64,000 nucleotides of DNA from an uncultured Methylocystaceae bacterium (GTDB lineage: Bacteria > Pseudomonadota > Alphaproteobacteria > Rhizobiales > Beijerinckiaceae): assembly GCA_903870245.1 (NCBI GenBank), contig CAIQCB010000021.1, positions 38,088 through 102,087 of the forward strand, in the 5' to 3' direction. The position numbers and the translations under genes are program-made. The notes beneath the pieces were generated by a model, which was given only the letters and a program-made list of their open reading frames with translations, was not told the origin of the DNA and did no database searches. Positions 9,044 through 18,365 of this stretch are shown piece by piece; the first letter of the stretch is position 1, and every line of letters starts with the position of its first letter.

Positions 9044-9592
9044 ATGACCAGAGGCGTATCCCGTCGCGCGCTTTTCATCGGCGGCGCTCTTTATGCGTGG
9101 CCCGTATCCAGCCTCCTTGCTTCAGCGCGCGTGTCGATCGAACAATTCGACGCCACAGGCGTCAGCACAGGCGTTGAAGGCGTCGACAAGATCGTCAAAA
9201 CCGATGCCGAGTGGCGCGCCGGCCTGTCTCCTCTCGCTTATGAGGTGACGCGTCGGGAGGGAACGGAACGCGCCTTCACCGGCCCTTTCTGGGACGACCA
9301 CGCCGACGGGCTCTATCGCTGTATCGGCTGCGGCACGGCGCTCTTCGACTCGAAAACGAAATTCGACTCCGGCACCGGTTGGCCGAGTTTCTTTGCGCCG
9401 ATCTCGAAACGCAACGTCGTTGAGAGCGACGATCGGTCGATGTGGATGCGCCGTACGGCGGTTTCCTGCGCCCGGTGCGACGCGCATTTGGGGCATGTCT
9501 TCTCCGATGGTCCCAGGCCCACCGGTTTGCGCTACTGCATCAATGGCGTCGCCCTGGCCTTCTCGCCGCGCGGCGGGAAGACCCAGCCGTGA
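9044..9592 (+). CDS. msrB: Peptide-methionine (R)-S-oxide reductase MsrB, exported (Tat-like signal)
   Basis: 182 aa. N-terminal SRRALFIGG twin-arginine-like motif followed by a hydrophobic stretch. Core motifs [30 protein letters not shown] and RYCINGVAL. Confidence 0.92.
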   Translation: MTRGVSRRALFIGGALYAWPVSSLLASARVSIEQFDATGVSTGVEGVDKIVKTDAEWRAGLSPLAYEVTRREGTERAFTGPFWDDHADGLYRCIGCGTALFDSKTKFDSGTGWPSFFAPISKRNVVESDDRSMWMRRTAVSCARCDAHLGHVFSDGPRPTGLRYCINGVALAFSPRGGKTQP

Positions 9593-10299
9593 GGAAAACT
9601 CTTCTATTTCCCGTCTTTTTTTTCTTCCTGAGCGGAGTGGCTTGCGCCGAAACGCCGAAGTTTCTGCCGCCGCCGCGTTACGATCCGGTCCCGGCGACGC
9701 AAAAAACTCAAAAAATTGTTGTCGCCGGTGGTTGTTTCTGGGGCGTGCAGGGCGTGTTTCAACACATCGACGGCGTGTCGCGCGTCGTTTCAGGCTATGC
9801 GGGCGGCGACAAGTCGACGGCGCATTATCAACGGGTCGGAAAGGGCGATACGGGTCACGCCGAGTCGGTCGAAATCACCTACGATCCCCAGCGGGTCAGC
9901 CTTGGAACTCTGTTAAAGGTCTTTTTCTCGGTGGCGCATGATCCGACCCAGTTCAATCGTCAGGGGCCGGACACGGGAACCCAGTATCGCTCGGCGATTT
10001 TCGTTTCCGACCCGATGCAGGCGAAAGTCGCGCGGGAATACATCGCCCAACTTGAGGCGCGCAAGGTTTTCGCCCGGCCGATCGTGACGCGAATCGAGCC
10101 CCTGACGCATTTCTATCCGGCCGAGGCCTATCATCAGGATTATCTTATTCACCATCCTGATGAGGCGTATATCGTCATCAATGACCTCCCGAAGATCGAG
10201 AACCTGAAATCGACCTATCCGGCGTTGTGGCGGGACGTTCCGGCGGCGAGCGCTGAGAGCGGCGCGCCGGGCAGGGATTTTGTGGTCCCCGAGCCTTAA
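9589..10299 (+). CDS. msrA: Peptide-methionine (S)-S-oxide reductase MsrA, exported (Sec-type signal)
   Basis: GTG start at 9589 overlaps the msrB stop (GTGA), with a GGGAAG RBS upstream. Signal peptide [20 protein letters not shown], then AGGCFWGVQ (active-site Cys), [12 protein letters not shown] and YHQDY. Confidence 0.9.
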   Translation: MRKTLLFPVFFFFLSGVACAETPKFLPPPRYDPVPATQKTQKIVVAGGCFWGVQGVFQHIDGVSRVVSGYAGGDKSTAHYQRVGKGDTGHAESVEITYDPQRVSLGTLLKVFFSVAHDPTQFNRQGPDTGTQYRSAIFVSDPMQAKVAREYIAQLEARKVFARPIVTRIEPLTHFYPAEAYHQDYLIHHPDEAYIVINDLPKIENLKSTYPALWRDVPAASAESGAPGRDFVVPEP

Positions 10300-10303
10300 G
10301 TTG

Positions 10304-12304
10304 CTATCCGAACAGTCGTCGGAAGAAACCCTTGGGTTTCTCGGGCGGCGGGGCGAGCGCCGCAGCTTCCGCCCGGGCGCGGGCTTCGGCGCTCTCGTTC
10401 TCGGCGCGCGCGATCAACGCAGCGAGAACCGCTGCGTCTTCGGCCGGCAGCCAGTTGCCGGCCTCACGCCAGGCCAGATAATCGGCGAGCGCCGTCGCCG
10501 CTTCCTGGTCGCCATGTGCGGCGAAATGCGTTTGAGCGACGTCGATCACCGACCTGTCGCCCAGACGTCGCGCAGCCTTGACCGTTTCGTCCCAATGCGC
10601 GGTCCCGGCGGGCAGGCGAATATGCGCGTCGCGTAACGCTGCGGCGTCAGGGCTGCTTGTGGTCAGCTTTTGAAGAATTACAGATTGAGCCGCCGCGTCC
10701 ATGTCGTCGTTGGCGTCAATCGGGGCCATGCCGGACAATCCCAGAGCGGCGAACATCCGGTTCAGCAAAGATGGCGCGAAGCGGCTGTCGCGCGGCGACG
10801 GCGAGACTCCAGCAACGGACAAAGCCCCGGCCCGCGACAGGGCGATCGCGAGCGCAGGATCTGCGGCGTAGGCGGCGAAACCGCCGGGGACCGGACCCAT
10901 AGCGGCGCGGGCCGCGAAGCTTGTGAGCAGCAGAGGATCGAACAAATCCCATTTACCGGCGTTTTCGAAGCGTTCCATCGCACTGGCGCGCGTCAGCGTT
11001 GCATTCAGCGCGGCGACCAGCGTGTCGCGACGGCTGCGCTGGGCGCTGGCGCGTTCAGCGACGATGCGCGCTGCAGCGCCGCTTGGCGCCCGTGCGGCTC
11101 CTGTCGCGCGCCGTAGCATTTCGTCAAGGAGCGGATCGTCATCGTTAATTCGGCGCGGCACAAGGCCATCGACTTCGACTCGCAACAGTCGAAGGAAGGG
11201 CGATCCTCCCGGATCCGAGGGAACAACGCCAAGATCGCCCGCACTTGCCGACGGCGACACTAACCCGACATCATCGCCGAGCGACGCGCCGTAGAAATCG
11301 ATCTCGATGGTTTCGCCGCCGCCAGTCCCCCCGCGATTACCGCCGACGCGTCGGGCGGCCACGCCGCCCGGGCCGGCGATCATGTGATCGAGAATCAGAT
11401 TAAGGAGATTGACGACGACAACCGCCTCCCCGGCCTCCGCAGCGTCGGGATGTTCCGTCGGTTCGCCGGTCGCCTTTCGAATATCATCGAAGGTGAGCGG
11501 GTCGACGACCGGTTCCCCGGCCTGCCTCTGGACCTGAGTCCAGTTTGCGAGCCGCTGGCGCTGTCGCAAGGCCATAGCCACGGACGTCCGTCCGAGCAGG
11601 CTCGCGCTCTCTTCAAAAGACTCAGTCAGTCTTAATCTCAGGACGGCGTGCGGCGCGCCGTTTTCGGCAAGCCAGTGCTGCATGATCGCGAAGGGCGCTT
11701 CGCGCATGTCAGCGGCCGTTTCCAGGTCGTAGGGTTTGGCTTCGAAGGTTAGACGGTTGTGCTCGAGCGGGTAGACCTGGGTCGCCGGCGTCAGGCGGGC
11801 CAAAGACGCGTTCGCGTCGTCGTCGTCGGTGGTCACGGCGCGACGCTGGCCGATCGCCCAGACCAGACGCGCGCCCGCCGCAGCGATTTGCTCGCGCGCC
11901 AACTGATCGAGATCGCCGCGCGCCGACAACGCCGCGACGCGCAAGTCGATGGCGTCGCCGCCGCCCGGCTCCGGCGCGAGCAACATCAACAGTCGCCAGT
12001 CGTTCGCCTCCGGCAGATCGGACGCGCGACTGAGTTCGATAACAAGTCGTCCGCCATCCGGCGCTGTGAAGCGCACGAATCGATGATCGGCGGCAAGATC
12101 GACGAAAACGATGCGGCTACGCCAGCGCGCGGCATCGACGACATCGACCAGGGCGGGGCCATGAAGGAATGCTTCGTCGCGCGCCGAAACGATGGTGAGC
12201 TGCGGTTGGGGCGCAGTATCGCGCCCGCCGTCGTCGCCATCGAAAAAGCCAAGGGCGAGCCGACGCCCGCCATCCCAGAAAAAATCGAGTCGCTCCTGCC
12301 ACAT
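10304..12304 (-). CDS. Hypothetical protein, 666 aa, no recognised domain, with a MinD-like C-terminal amphipathic tail
   Basis: A long ORF with genome-typical codon bias and no signal peptide or TM segment. The extreme C-terminus is PPEKPKGFFRRLFG. It lies 33 bp downstream of the peroxidase gene on the same strand. Confidence 0.7.
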   Translation of the reverse strand: MWQERLDFFWDGGRRLALGFFDGDDGGRDTAPQPQLTIVSARDEAFLHGPALVDVVDAARWRSRIVFVDLAADHRFVRFTAPDGGRLVIELSRASDLPEANDWRLLMLLAPEPGGGDAIDLRVAALSARGDLDQLAREQIAAAGARLVWAIGQRRAVTTDDDDANASLARLTPATQVYPLEHNRLTFEAKPYDLETAADMREAPFAIMQHWLAENGAPHAVLRLRLTESFEESASLLGRTSVAMALRQRQRLANWTQVQRQAGEPVVDPLTFDDIRKATGEPTEHPDAAEAGEAVVVVNLLNLILDHMIAGPGGVAARRVGGNRGGTGGGETIEIDFYGASLGDDVGLVSPSASAGDLGVVPSDPGGSPFLRLLRVEVDGLVPRRINDDDPLLDEMLRRATGAARAPSGAAARIVAERASAQRSRRDTLVAALNATLTRASAMERFENAGKWDLFDPLLLTSFAARAAMGPVPGGFAAYAADPALAIALSRAGALSVAGVSPSPRDSRFAPSLLNRMFAALGLSGMAPIDANDDMDAAAQSVILQKLTTSSPDAAALRDAHIRLPAGTAHWDETVKAARRLGDRSVIDVAQTHFAAHGDQEAATALADYLAWREAGNWLPAEDAAVLAALIARAENESAEARARAEAAALAPPPEKPKGFFRRLFG

Positions 12305-12337
12305 CCGGCGGCGTCCGTGAGGGGATCGGCGTCGTGG

Positions 12338-13414
12338 TTAGTGACTGCGTGGCGGCAGGATCGGCAGCGTCACCTCAGGCTGGCGGCCGGTCAGCGATTT
12401 CAGAAAAGCGACCAGTTTGCGCGTTTCATCTTCCCCGAGTTTAACGCCCAGTTGCGTTTCGGCCATAACGGAGACCGCTTTGGAGAGCTCTAAAGTGGCG
12501 CCGCTGTGAAAATAGGGCGCCGTCAGTTCGACATTTCTCAACGATGGAACCTTGAAGGCGTATTTGTCGGAGACGTTTCTGGTGACCGCGAAACGGCCGA
12601 GATCGTCGGCGGGCAGATATTCAGGCGGCGGAGAAGCGACGACGCCGAATTTGGCGTAGCTGGCGCCTCCGACGTTCACGCCATTATGACAGCTTGCGCA
12701 GCCCTTATCGATAAAGAGTTTCAGCCCGTCTCTCTGATCGTCCGAGAGCGCGTTGGCGTCGCCCGTGAGCCAACGGTCGAAAGGCGCGTCCGGAGTGATC
12801 AGGGTCGCCTCGAAGAGGGCGATGGCGCGGCCCACGTTTTCGTAGTTGAGCGGATTGGCGTCTTCGGGAAAAGCTTTGTGGAACGCCTCGACATAGGCCG
12901 GCATTGATTTGAGCTCTTCGATGGCGCGTTGCTTTGTCGCCGAAAGTTCCACCGGATTGATCGCCATCGGACCGCCACGGGTCTTGAGCATCGCCTTTGG
13001 GTTGGCCATGACCGAGTTGACGACCTGATCCTTGAGGTCGCTGGTGCGCCCGTCCCAATATTGAGACTTGTTAAAGATGGCGTTGAGCACGGTCTGCACT
13101 TCGCGACCCGCCAGTTGCGCATTGTGCCCGCCCGACAGGGCGCCGCTGTCGACGCCGCCGAGACTCAGATTGTGGCAGCTGGCGCAGCTGATGTCGTGGT
13201 TGTCGGACAGGCGCGGTTCGAAAAACAGCATTCGACCCAGCGCGAGTTTGTCTTCCGTCGCGGGATCGCCCGGAATGGCCGGCGCAGTTTTGGGAATAGG
13301 CTCGAACGATTTTTTCGCCTGATCCCGCAGGAGGTCGTCGGCGCCGGCTGGCGTAACGCCTGCCGCCGTCGTCGCCAAGGCTGCTATTAGGGTAGGGATC
13401 GCCAAAAAACGCAT
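12338..13414 (-). CDS. Di-haem cytochrome c peroxidase (CcpA/MauG family)
   Basis: 358 aa with a signal peptide. Two CxxCH haem motifs (CASCHNL and CASCHNG), plus SLRNVELTAPYFHSG typical of bacterial CCPs. Confidence 0.9.
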   Translation of the reverse strand: MRFLAIPTLIAALATTAAGVTPAGADDLLRDQAKKSFEPIPKTAPAIPGDPATEDKLALGRMLFFEPRLSDNHDISCASCHNLSLGGVDSGALSGGHNAQLAGREVQTVLNAIFNKSQYWDGRTSDLKDQVVNSVMANPKAMLKTRGGPMAINPVELSATKQRAIEELKSMPAYVEAFHKAFPEDANPLNYENVGRAIALFEATLITPDAPFDRWLTGDANALSDDQRDGLKLFIDKGCASCHNGVNVGGASYAKFGVVASPPPEYLPADDLGRFAVTRNVSDKYAFKVPSLRNVELTAPYFHSGATLELSKAVSVMAETQLGVKLGEDETRKLVAFLKSLTGRQPEVTLPILPPRSH

Positions 13415-13506
13415 ATCGAAATCCTCGCTTGGCCAATGGGGGCGCAGATTTCGCTATAGCACATTTTGTTCCGTGCGGGCGCGCCGCTCGGTCGAATTTG
13501 TCGCTC

Positions 13507-14145
13507 CTACTGACTGGCCCAGAGAATTCGGGCGATCCAGCTCACCTCCTCGCTGGGCAGGATTCGGTCGGGCAGGGCCGTGTCGAAGGAGGCCAGTTCG
13601 ACGGTTCGCGTCGTTTGGCGTTTCAGTTCGCGGGCCATGACCTCGCCGGCCGTGGTGCGCACCACCACGCGGTCGCCGCGTCGCACTGGTGCGGAAGGGG
13701 AGACGACGACAATATCGCCGTCGCGATAGAGCGGCGCCATTGAGCCGCCGGAGATTTCCAGGGCGTAAGAATTTTCGTCGGCGTCGGCGAGAATGTCGAT
13801 CTCGTCCCAGCCGTCGCCGATGGCGTGTCCAGATTCGTCGAAATAGCCCTCGGCGCCGGCCTGGGACAAGCGTAAGAGGGGGCGCGTATGCCGCCGGCGC
13901 ATCCCGTTCGCCGAGGTCAGGCCGATAAATTCCTCCAGACTGGCGCCAGTGGCCTGCAGAACCTTGGCGATGGACTCCGTCGAGGGCCAACGTTCGCGTC
14001 CGGCCGACGTCTGCCGCTTCGAGCGATTAAAGGTGGTTGGATCAAGGCCGGCCTTGCGCGCCAGCGCCGAGGGAGTGAGTCCGTAGCGCGCGCCGAGGCC
14101 GTCGATCGCTTTCCAGACCTGTTCATGAGAGAGGACAGGCTTCAT
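13507..14145 (-). CDS. XRE-type HTH / S24 (LexA-like) peptidase family repressor
   Basis: N-terminal HTH (LTPSALARKAGLDPTTFNRSKR). C-terminal S24 fold with catalytic-type GGSMAPLYRDGDIVVV and ...ARELKR. The start is chosen at MKPVLSHEQ (GGAAG RBS 6 nt upstream); an alternative ATG lies at 14160. Confidence 0.8.
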   Translation of the reverse strand: MKPVLSHEQVWKAIDGLGARYGLTPSALARKAGLDPTTFNRSKRQTSAGRERWPSTESIAKVLQATGASLEEFIGLTSANGMRRRHTRPLLRLSQAGAEGYFDESGHAIGDGWDEIDILADADENSYALEISGGSMAPLYRDGDIVVVSPSAPVRRGDRVVVRTTAGEVMARELKRQTTRTVELASFDTALPDRILPSEEVSWIARILWASQ

Positions 14146-14171
14146 GAGACTTCCGGGCATATACGTTAATT

Positions 14172-14187
14172 TTCCTAAATGTAGGAA
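14172..14187. promoter_or_regulatory. Perfect inverted repeat TTCCTA-N4-TAGGAA, candidate operator of the S24 repressor gene
   Basis: Read directly, 27-42 nt upstream of the chosen start codon. An additional TAGGAA half-site lies at 14213-14218. Confidence 0.35.
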
Positions 14188-14220
14188 TACATCTTGTTTA
14201 GTCTTGAGGCAATAGGAAAT

Positions 14221-16083
14221 TTACGCGTGATCGCCCTCCGTAGTCTCTTCGGGCGACGTTTCGCCGCCGGAGATGCGCCGCCGCGCCTGTGCGCGCTTGA
14301 TTTGCAGCTTGTTGCGCCGCGCGTTCACCCGGGCCATCGCCGCCGCGCCTGTCGGTTGCAAAATCTTTCGGAACTCGTCGCGTTTTTCATGGATCGAGGC
14401 GATCACATACCCCATGGGCACGCCAATATCGACTAGCACGGTTTCGGCGAGCTGCAGGCTCGCCTCGATCGTTTCGGGAATCGCGTCGCTGGCGCCCAAA
14501 CGATAGAGCGATGTCGCATGATCGGCGTCGCGCGCCCGCGCGACGATCACCAGATCCTCCCGGATTTCATGGGCGATCCGGACAATTTCCTCCGCCGCCG
14601 TCGCCTTGTGGACGGTGACGACAAGCGCCCGCGCCTGCTCGACGCCGCAGCGCAGGAGAAAATCGCGCCGCGATGCGTTTCCCCAGTAGATTTCGACGCC
14701 TCTTTCACGTTCTTCGGCGACGATGGAGACGTTGTCATCGACGGCGACATAGGGGATGTCGTGACGCCTGAGCATGTCCCCGACCAGACCGCCGATTCGA
14801 CCAAAGCCGACGATCATGACCCGTCCACTGGCGACGCGCATTTCTGGAGCCAGATGCGCGTAAGCGGAGTCGTCGGCGTCGCGACGCGTCAGCTGAGCGC
14901 CGATCCGGCCAAATAATGGAATGAAGAAAATCGTCAGCGTGACGACGACCATGGCGTCGGCGCCAAAGTGTCCGGGCAAAACGCCGGCGCTCATCGCAGA
15001 GGTGAGCAAGGCAAAGGCGAATTCGCCTCCGGGCGCGAGCAAAAGCGCGGCCTCAATGGCGGCGGCGCGCTCGACGCCAAACAGCAGGGCGAGGGCGATA
15101 ATGATCGCCGTTTTTACGGCGATCAATCCGAGCGCGTTCATCGCCACCGGCGCAGGATCAGCGAAGAGCGCGCCAATATCGAGGCCGGCGCCAATCGAGA
15201 CGAAGAAGAGGCCAAGCAACAGACCCTTGAACGGTTCGATCGTCACCTCGATTTCGCGACGAAACTCGGTCTCCGCCAGCAGCAGTCCGGCAATGAAGGC
15301 GCCCAGACCCATCGACAGGCCGGCTGCGGCCGTCACCAGAGCCTCGCCCACGACGACCAGCAAACAGGCGGCCATGAAGAGTTCGGTGAGTTGCGCAGCG
15401 GCGACCAGTCGAAACATCGGCCGCAACAGCAGGCGACCGAAAATGATCAGTCCGGCGAGCGCCGCCAGCGCCGGCAAAAATGTCGAGAGCGCCGACTGAA
15501 GATCGAAGCCGGCGTCGTGCTGCGCCAGCACCGAGACAAAAAACAGCGCCGGCGCCACCATCAAATCCTGAAGCAGCAACACGGCGAAGGCGACGCGGCC
15601 GGGTGTTTTGTTCAGGCGGCGTTCTTCGGCGAGCACCGGCATAACGACCGCCGTCGATGACATCGCCAGCGCCACCCCCATCAAAATCGAGGGCGCGGCG
15701 GCGACGCCGAACCAGAAATGACCGATGCTCGCCAGCACTCCGCCGCAGACAAACACCTGTGCGAGACCCAGGCCGAAAACGAGATCGCGCATACGCCTCA
15801 GCCGCTCCCACGAGAGCTCCAGGCCGATCATGAACAACAGGAAGACGAGTCCGAATTCTGCGAGAGTCTTAACGCCCTCGATGTCGGCGATGGTGAACAG
15901 GGCGGCGATGTCGCTTTCCGCCGAATATTTGCCGAGTCCGGAAGGACCGAGCGCCGCTCCCGCGATGAGGAAGCCCAGCACGGGACTGATCCGCAGTCGA
16001 TGAAAGAGCGGCACGACAACGCCCGCAGTGGCCAGAAACACCAGCGCTTCGCGATAGGACTCGAGATGCAGGGCGTTCGTCAT
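14221..16083 (-). CDS. Monovalent cation:proton antiporter-2 (CPA2) family K+ efflux protein, KefB/KefC-like with an RCK/TrkA-N domain
   Basis: 620 aa with about 12 TM segments, then VMIVGFGRIGGLVGDML (Rossmann GxGxxG of TrkA-N) and a basic C-terminal tail. Confidence 0.9.
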   Translation of the reverse strand: MTNALHLESYREALVFLATAGVVVPLFHRLRISPVLGFLIAGAALGPSGLGKYSAESDIAALFTIADIEGVKTLAEFGLVFLLFMIGLELSWERLRRMRDLVFGLGLAQVFVCGGVLASIGHFWFGVAAAPSILMGVALAMSSTAVVMPVLAEERRLNKTPGRVAFAVLLLQDLMVAPALFFVSVLAQHDAGFDLQSALSTFLPALAALAGLIIFGRLLLRPMFRLVAAAQLTELFMAACLLVVVGEALVTAAAGLSMGLGAFIAGLLLAETEFRREIEVTIEPFKGLLLGLFFVSIGAGLDIGALFADPAPVAMNALGLIAVKTAIIIALALLFGVERAAAIEAALLLAPGGEFAFALLTSAMSAGVLPGHFGADAMVVVTLTIFFIPLFGRIGAQLTRRDADDSAYAHLAPEMRVASGRVMIVGFGRIGGLVGDMLRRHDIPYVAVDDNVSIVAEERERGVEIYWGNASRRDFLLRCGVEQARALVVTVHKATAAEEIVRIAHEIREDLVIVARARDADHATSLYRLGASDAIPETIEASLQLAETVLVDIGVPMGYVIASIHEKRDEFRKILQPTGAAAMARVNARRNKLQIKRAQARRRISGGETSPEETTEGDHA

Positions 16084-16128
16084 GCCGCGTTGTTCGATCT
16101 GACTCGATGAATCGACTCTTTATCGCAT

Positions 16129-16154
16129 AAAAAATCAGCGCGGACGATCCGCGC
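16129..16154 (-). terminator. Rho-independent terminator after the glycosyltransferase gene
   Basis: Stem GCGCGGA (16138-16144) pairs with TCCGCGC (16148-16154) around a 3-nt loop. On the minus strand it is followed by TGATTTTTT (A-run 16129-16134 on plus). Confidence 0.65.
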
Positions 16155-16173
16155 GATCAGGAGGCCCAAAGGA

Positions 16174-17433
16174 TCAGGGCGCACGCAACAGACGCTGATA
16201 CACATCGAGGGTTGCGCGTTGCATCTCCTCAATCGAGAAGCGCCGACGCGCATGTTCGCGCGCGCGAAGCGACAGCGCGTCGCGCGCTGAGGCTTTCAGG
16301 CCGAGCGCCTCCTCAATCGCCGTCGCGAGCGCCGCCGGCTCCCCGGCGGGCACTCGCCAGCCAGTAGCAAGGTGCTCGGGCAGATCTGGCGGCGCGAGAA
16401 CGATCTCGGCGGCGGCGCCAATGTCGGAGACAATCACCGGGGCTCCCATCGCCTGCGCTTCGACGCCGATGCGTCCAAAGGCTTCCGGCGTGGTCGCCGG
16501 GGCAATTACTGCGGCGGCGGCAAGATAGGCGGCGGGCATATCGTCGCAATGCCCGACGAGACGCATGAAGGGGCCCAGACCGTCGCGTGAAATTTGCGTC
16601 TCGACCGTTTTGCGAAAGGACTCGCTGTGCGCATCGCCGGCGAGGATCACAATGAAATGATCCCGAGCGCCTTGCGCCGTCAGCAGCTTGACGGCTTCTG
16701 CGACGACGGCGAATCCCTTGCGGGGGGACAGCCGCGCCGGCATCAGGACGATGCGTTCATGCGGCGCGACGCCCCATTGCGTTCGCAAACGTTCAACACG
16801 CGCGGGATCGATGGCGTCGGGCGCAAAGTGACGCAGATCCACGCCGCGCGGAATCACAAAAAGCCGGTCGGCGACCGAGGGGTCGAGTTCGAGGATGCGG
16901 CGCGCAGTGAACGCCGAATTGGCGATTACGGCTTGCCCGGAAGCCATGATTGCGTTGTAACGCAGCTTCATTGCCGAAGCGCCCGAATAGGCGCCATGGT
17001 AGGTGGTGACGAATTTTACGCTTGCCTGACGTGCGGCGAAATACGCGACCCATGCGGATGCGCGTGAGCGCGCATGCAATATGTCGACGCCCTCGTCGCG
17101 CAGTATGCGCGCCAGCCGCACGGAATTCATCATCATCTGCAAAGGATTTTTTGAGCCGGCCGGAAACGGCAGCCAGACGCCGCCCCTGGCCTGGAGTTCG
17201 CTCACCATGCGGCCGCCCTTCGCGGCGACAAGGCCGCGGGCGCCGACGCTGGCCAGCGCTTCGGCGACTTCGATAGCGGAGCGCTCTGCGCCGCCGGAAT
17301 TGAGTTCAGGGACGATCTGCAAAACCACGCGGCCGGAGAGCGATGGCTCGCCGGCGATCGACGTGTCGGAATACCGGGTCATTGGAGCGATGGAAGCCTG
17401 CATATGTGTCTTCATGCTCGCAGCTTCATTCAT
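16174..17433 (-). CDS. Glycosyltransferase family 4 (GT-B, group 1)
   Basis: 419 aa. N-terminal LNSGGAERSAIEVAEAL and C-terminal PEAFGRIGVEAQAMGAPVIVSDIGAAAE (E-x7-E type motif). The start is uncertain (alternative M at 17415). Confidence 0.85.
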   Translation of the reverse strand: MNEAASMKTHMQASIAPMTRYSDTSIAGEPSLSGRVVLQIVPELNSGGAERSAIEVAEALASVGARGLVAAKGGRMVSELQARGGVWLPFPAGSKNPLQMMMNSVRLARILRDEGVDILHARSRASAWVAYFAARQASVKFVTTYHGAYSGASAMKLRYNAIMASGQAVIANSAFTARRILELDPSVADRLFVIPRGVDLRHFAPDAIDPARVERLRTQWGVAPHERIVLMPARLSPRKGFAVVAEAVKLLTAQGARDHFIVILAGDAHSESFRKTVETQISRDGLGPFMRLVGHCDDMPAAYLAAAAVIAPATTPEAFGRIGVEAQAMGAPVIVSDIGAAAEIVLAPPDLPEHLATGWRVPAGEPAALATAIEEALGLKASARDALSLRAREHARRRFSIEEMQRATLDVYQRLLRAP

Positions 17434-17484
17434 TTTGGTTTATTTACTGTGATCAAATCTGATGTTTTGGATCGATCTCCAAAT

Positions 17485-18312
17485 ATGACCAATGACGCGA
17501 CGCCCGACTTTCTCGATGTCGTCGATCCCGCCGGCGGCCCAATGTGGCGGATCGCCCGGCGCCTGACGAAGCCGACGCGTTCCGATGCTGGTCCCGGACT
17601 GGTGTGGTTTGGCGGGTTCGCCTCGGACATGACCGGCGCCAAGGCGCAATTTCTCGCGGACCTTGCCGGCGCGCAGGGCCGCGCCTGTCTGCGGTTCGAT
17701 TATTCCGGTCATGGCGCCTCGGGCGGACGGTTCGTCGATGGCTGTATCGGCGACTGGCTGGCGCAGGGCGTCGGCGTTTTCGAGGCGTCGACTGAGGGAC
17801 CGCAAATCCTGATCGGCAGCTCAATGGGCGGCTGGCTGGCGCTGCTTCTTGCTCGTCATCTCGCGGCCGTCGGGGCGCTTTCTCGTCTTGCCGGTCTGGT
17901 TCTGCTCGCGCCGGCGGTCGATTTCACCGAAGACCTGTTGTGGGCGGGGTTGGACGCCGCCGCCCGGGCGGAAATCATGGATAAGGGCCTTTGGCTGCGG
18001 TCATCAGAATATTCGCCGGAACCGACGCCGATCACGCGCCGGCTCATCGAAGACGGACGCCATCATCTTCTGTTCGGCGGCCTGATCCGTACGCACGCCC
18101 CCACCCATATCCTCCAGGGCATGGCCGATCCGGATGTGCCTTGGCGCCATGCCGTCAAGCTCGTCGAGCATCTGAGCGCCGACCCGGTGACGCTCTCTCT
18201 GATCGCCGATGGCGACCATCGATTGTCGCGGCCCCAGGATTTGGCGCAACTGGCCGCCGCCGTCGAGCTTGTGAGCCGGCCGCCAGTTACGGCGCAGCAG
18301 TTATTCGCCTGA
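17485..18312 (+). CDS. Alpha/beta-fold hydrolase
   Basis: Start at MTNDATPDF. Motifs [11 protein letters not shown] and the nucleophile elbow GSSMGG, with C-terminal DGDHRL (catalytic His region). Confidence 0.8.
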   Translation: MTNDATPDFLDVVDPAGGPMWRIARRLTKPTRSDAGPGLVWFGGFASDMTGAKAQFLADLAGAQGRACLRFDYSGHGASGGRFVDGCIGDWLAQGVGVFEASTEGPQILIGSSMGGWLALLLARHLAAVGALSRLAGLVLLAPAVDFTEDLLWAGLDAAARAEIMDKGLWLRSSEYSPEPTPITRRLIEDGRHHLLFGGLIRTHAPTHILQGMADPDVPWRHAVKLVEHLSADPVTLSLIADGDHRLSRPQDLAQLAAAVELVSRPPVTAQQLFA

Positions 18313-18365
18313 GACGACAGGGCGTCTTTCAGACAAGAGGCTTGACAGCCTCGCCGGGCCCATCA

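Noticed and set aside
12338-13414. The di-haem peroxidase as an MbnH-like partner of a copper or methanobactin system.
   Set aside because: No MbnP-like or other mbn genes are adjacent. It is 23 kb from the TonB locus, and its motifs fit a generic bacterial CCP equally well.
13507-14145. Calling the HTH-S24 protein LexA.
   Set aside because: Its N-terminal domain is XRE-like rather than the LexA winged helix. No alphaproteobacterial SOS box (GTTC-N7-GTTC) lies upstream, and the local palindrome is different.
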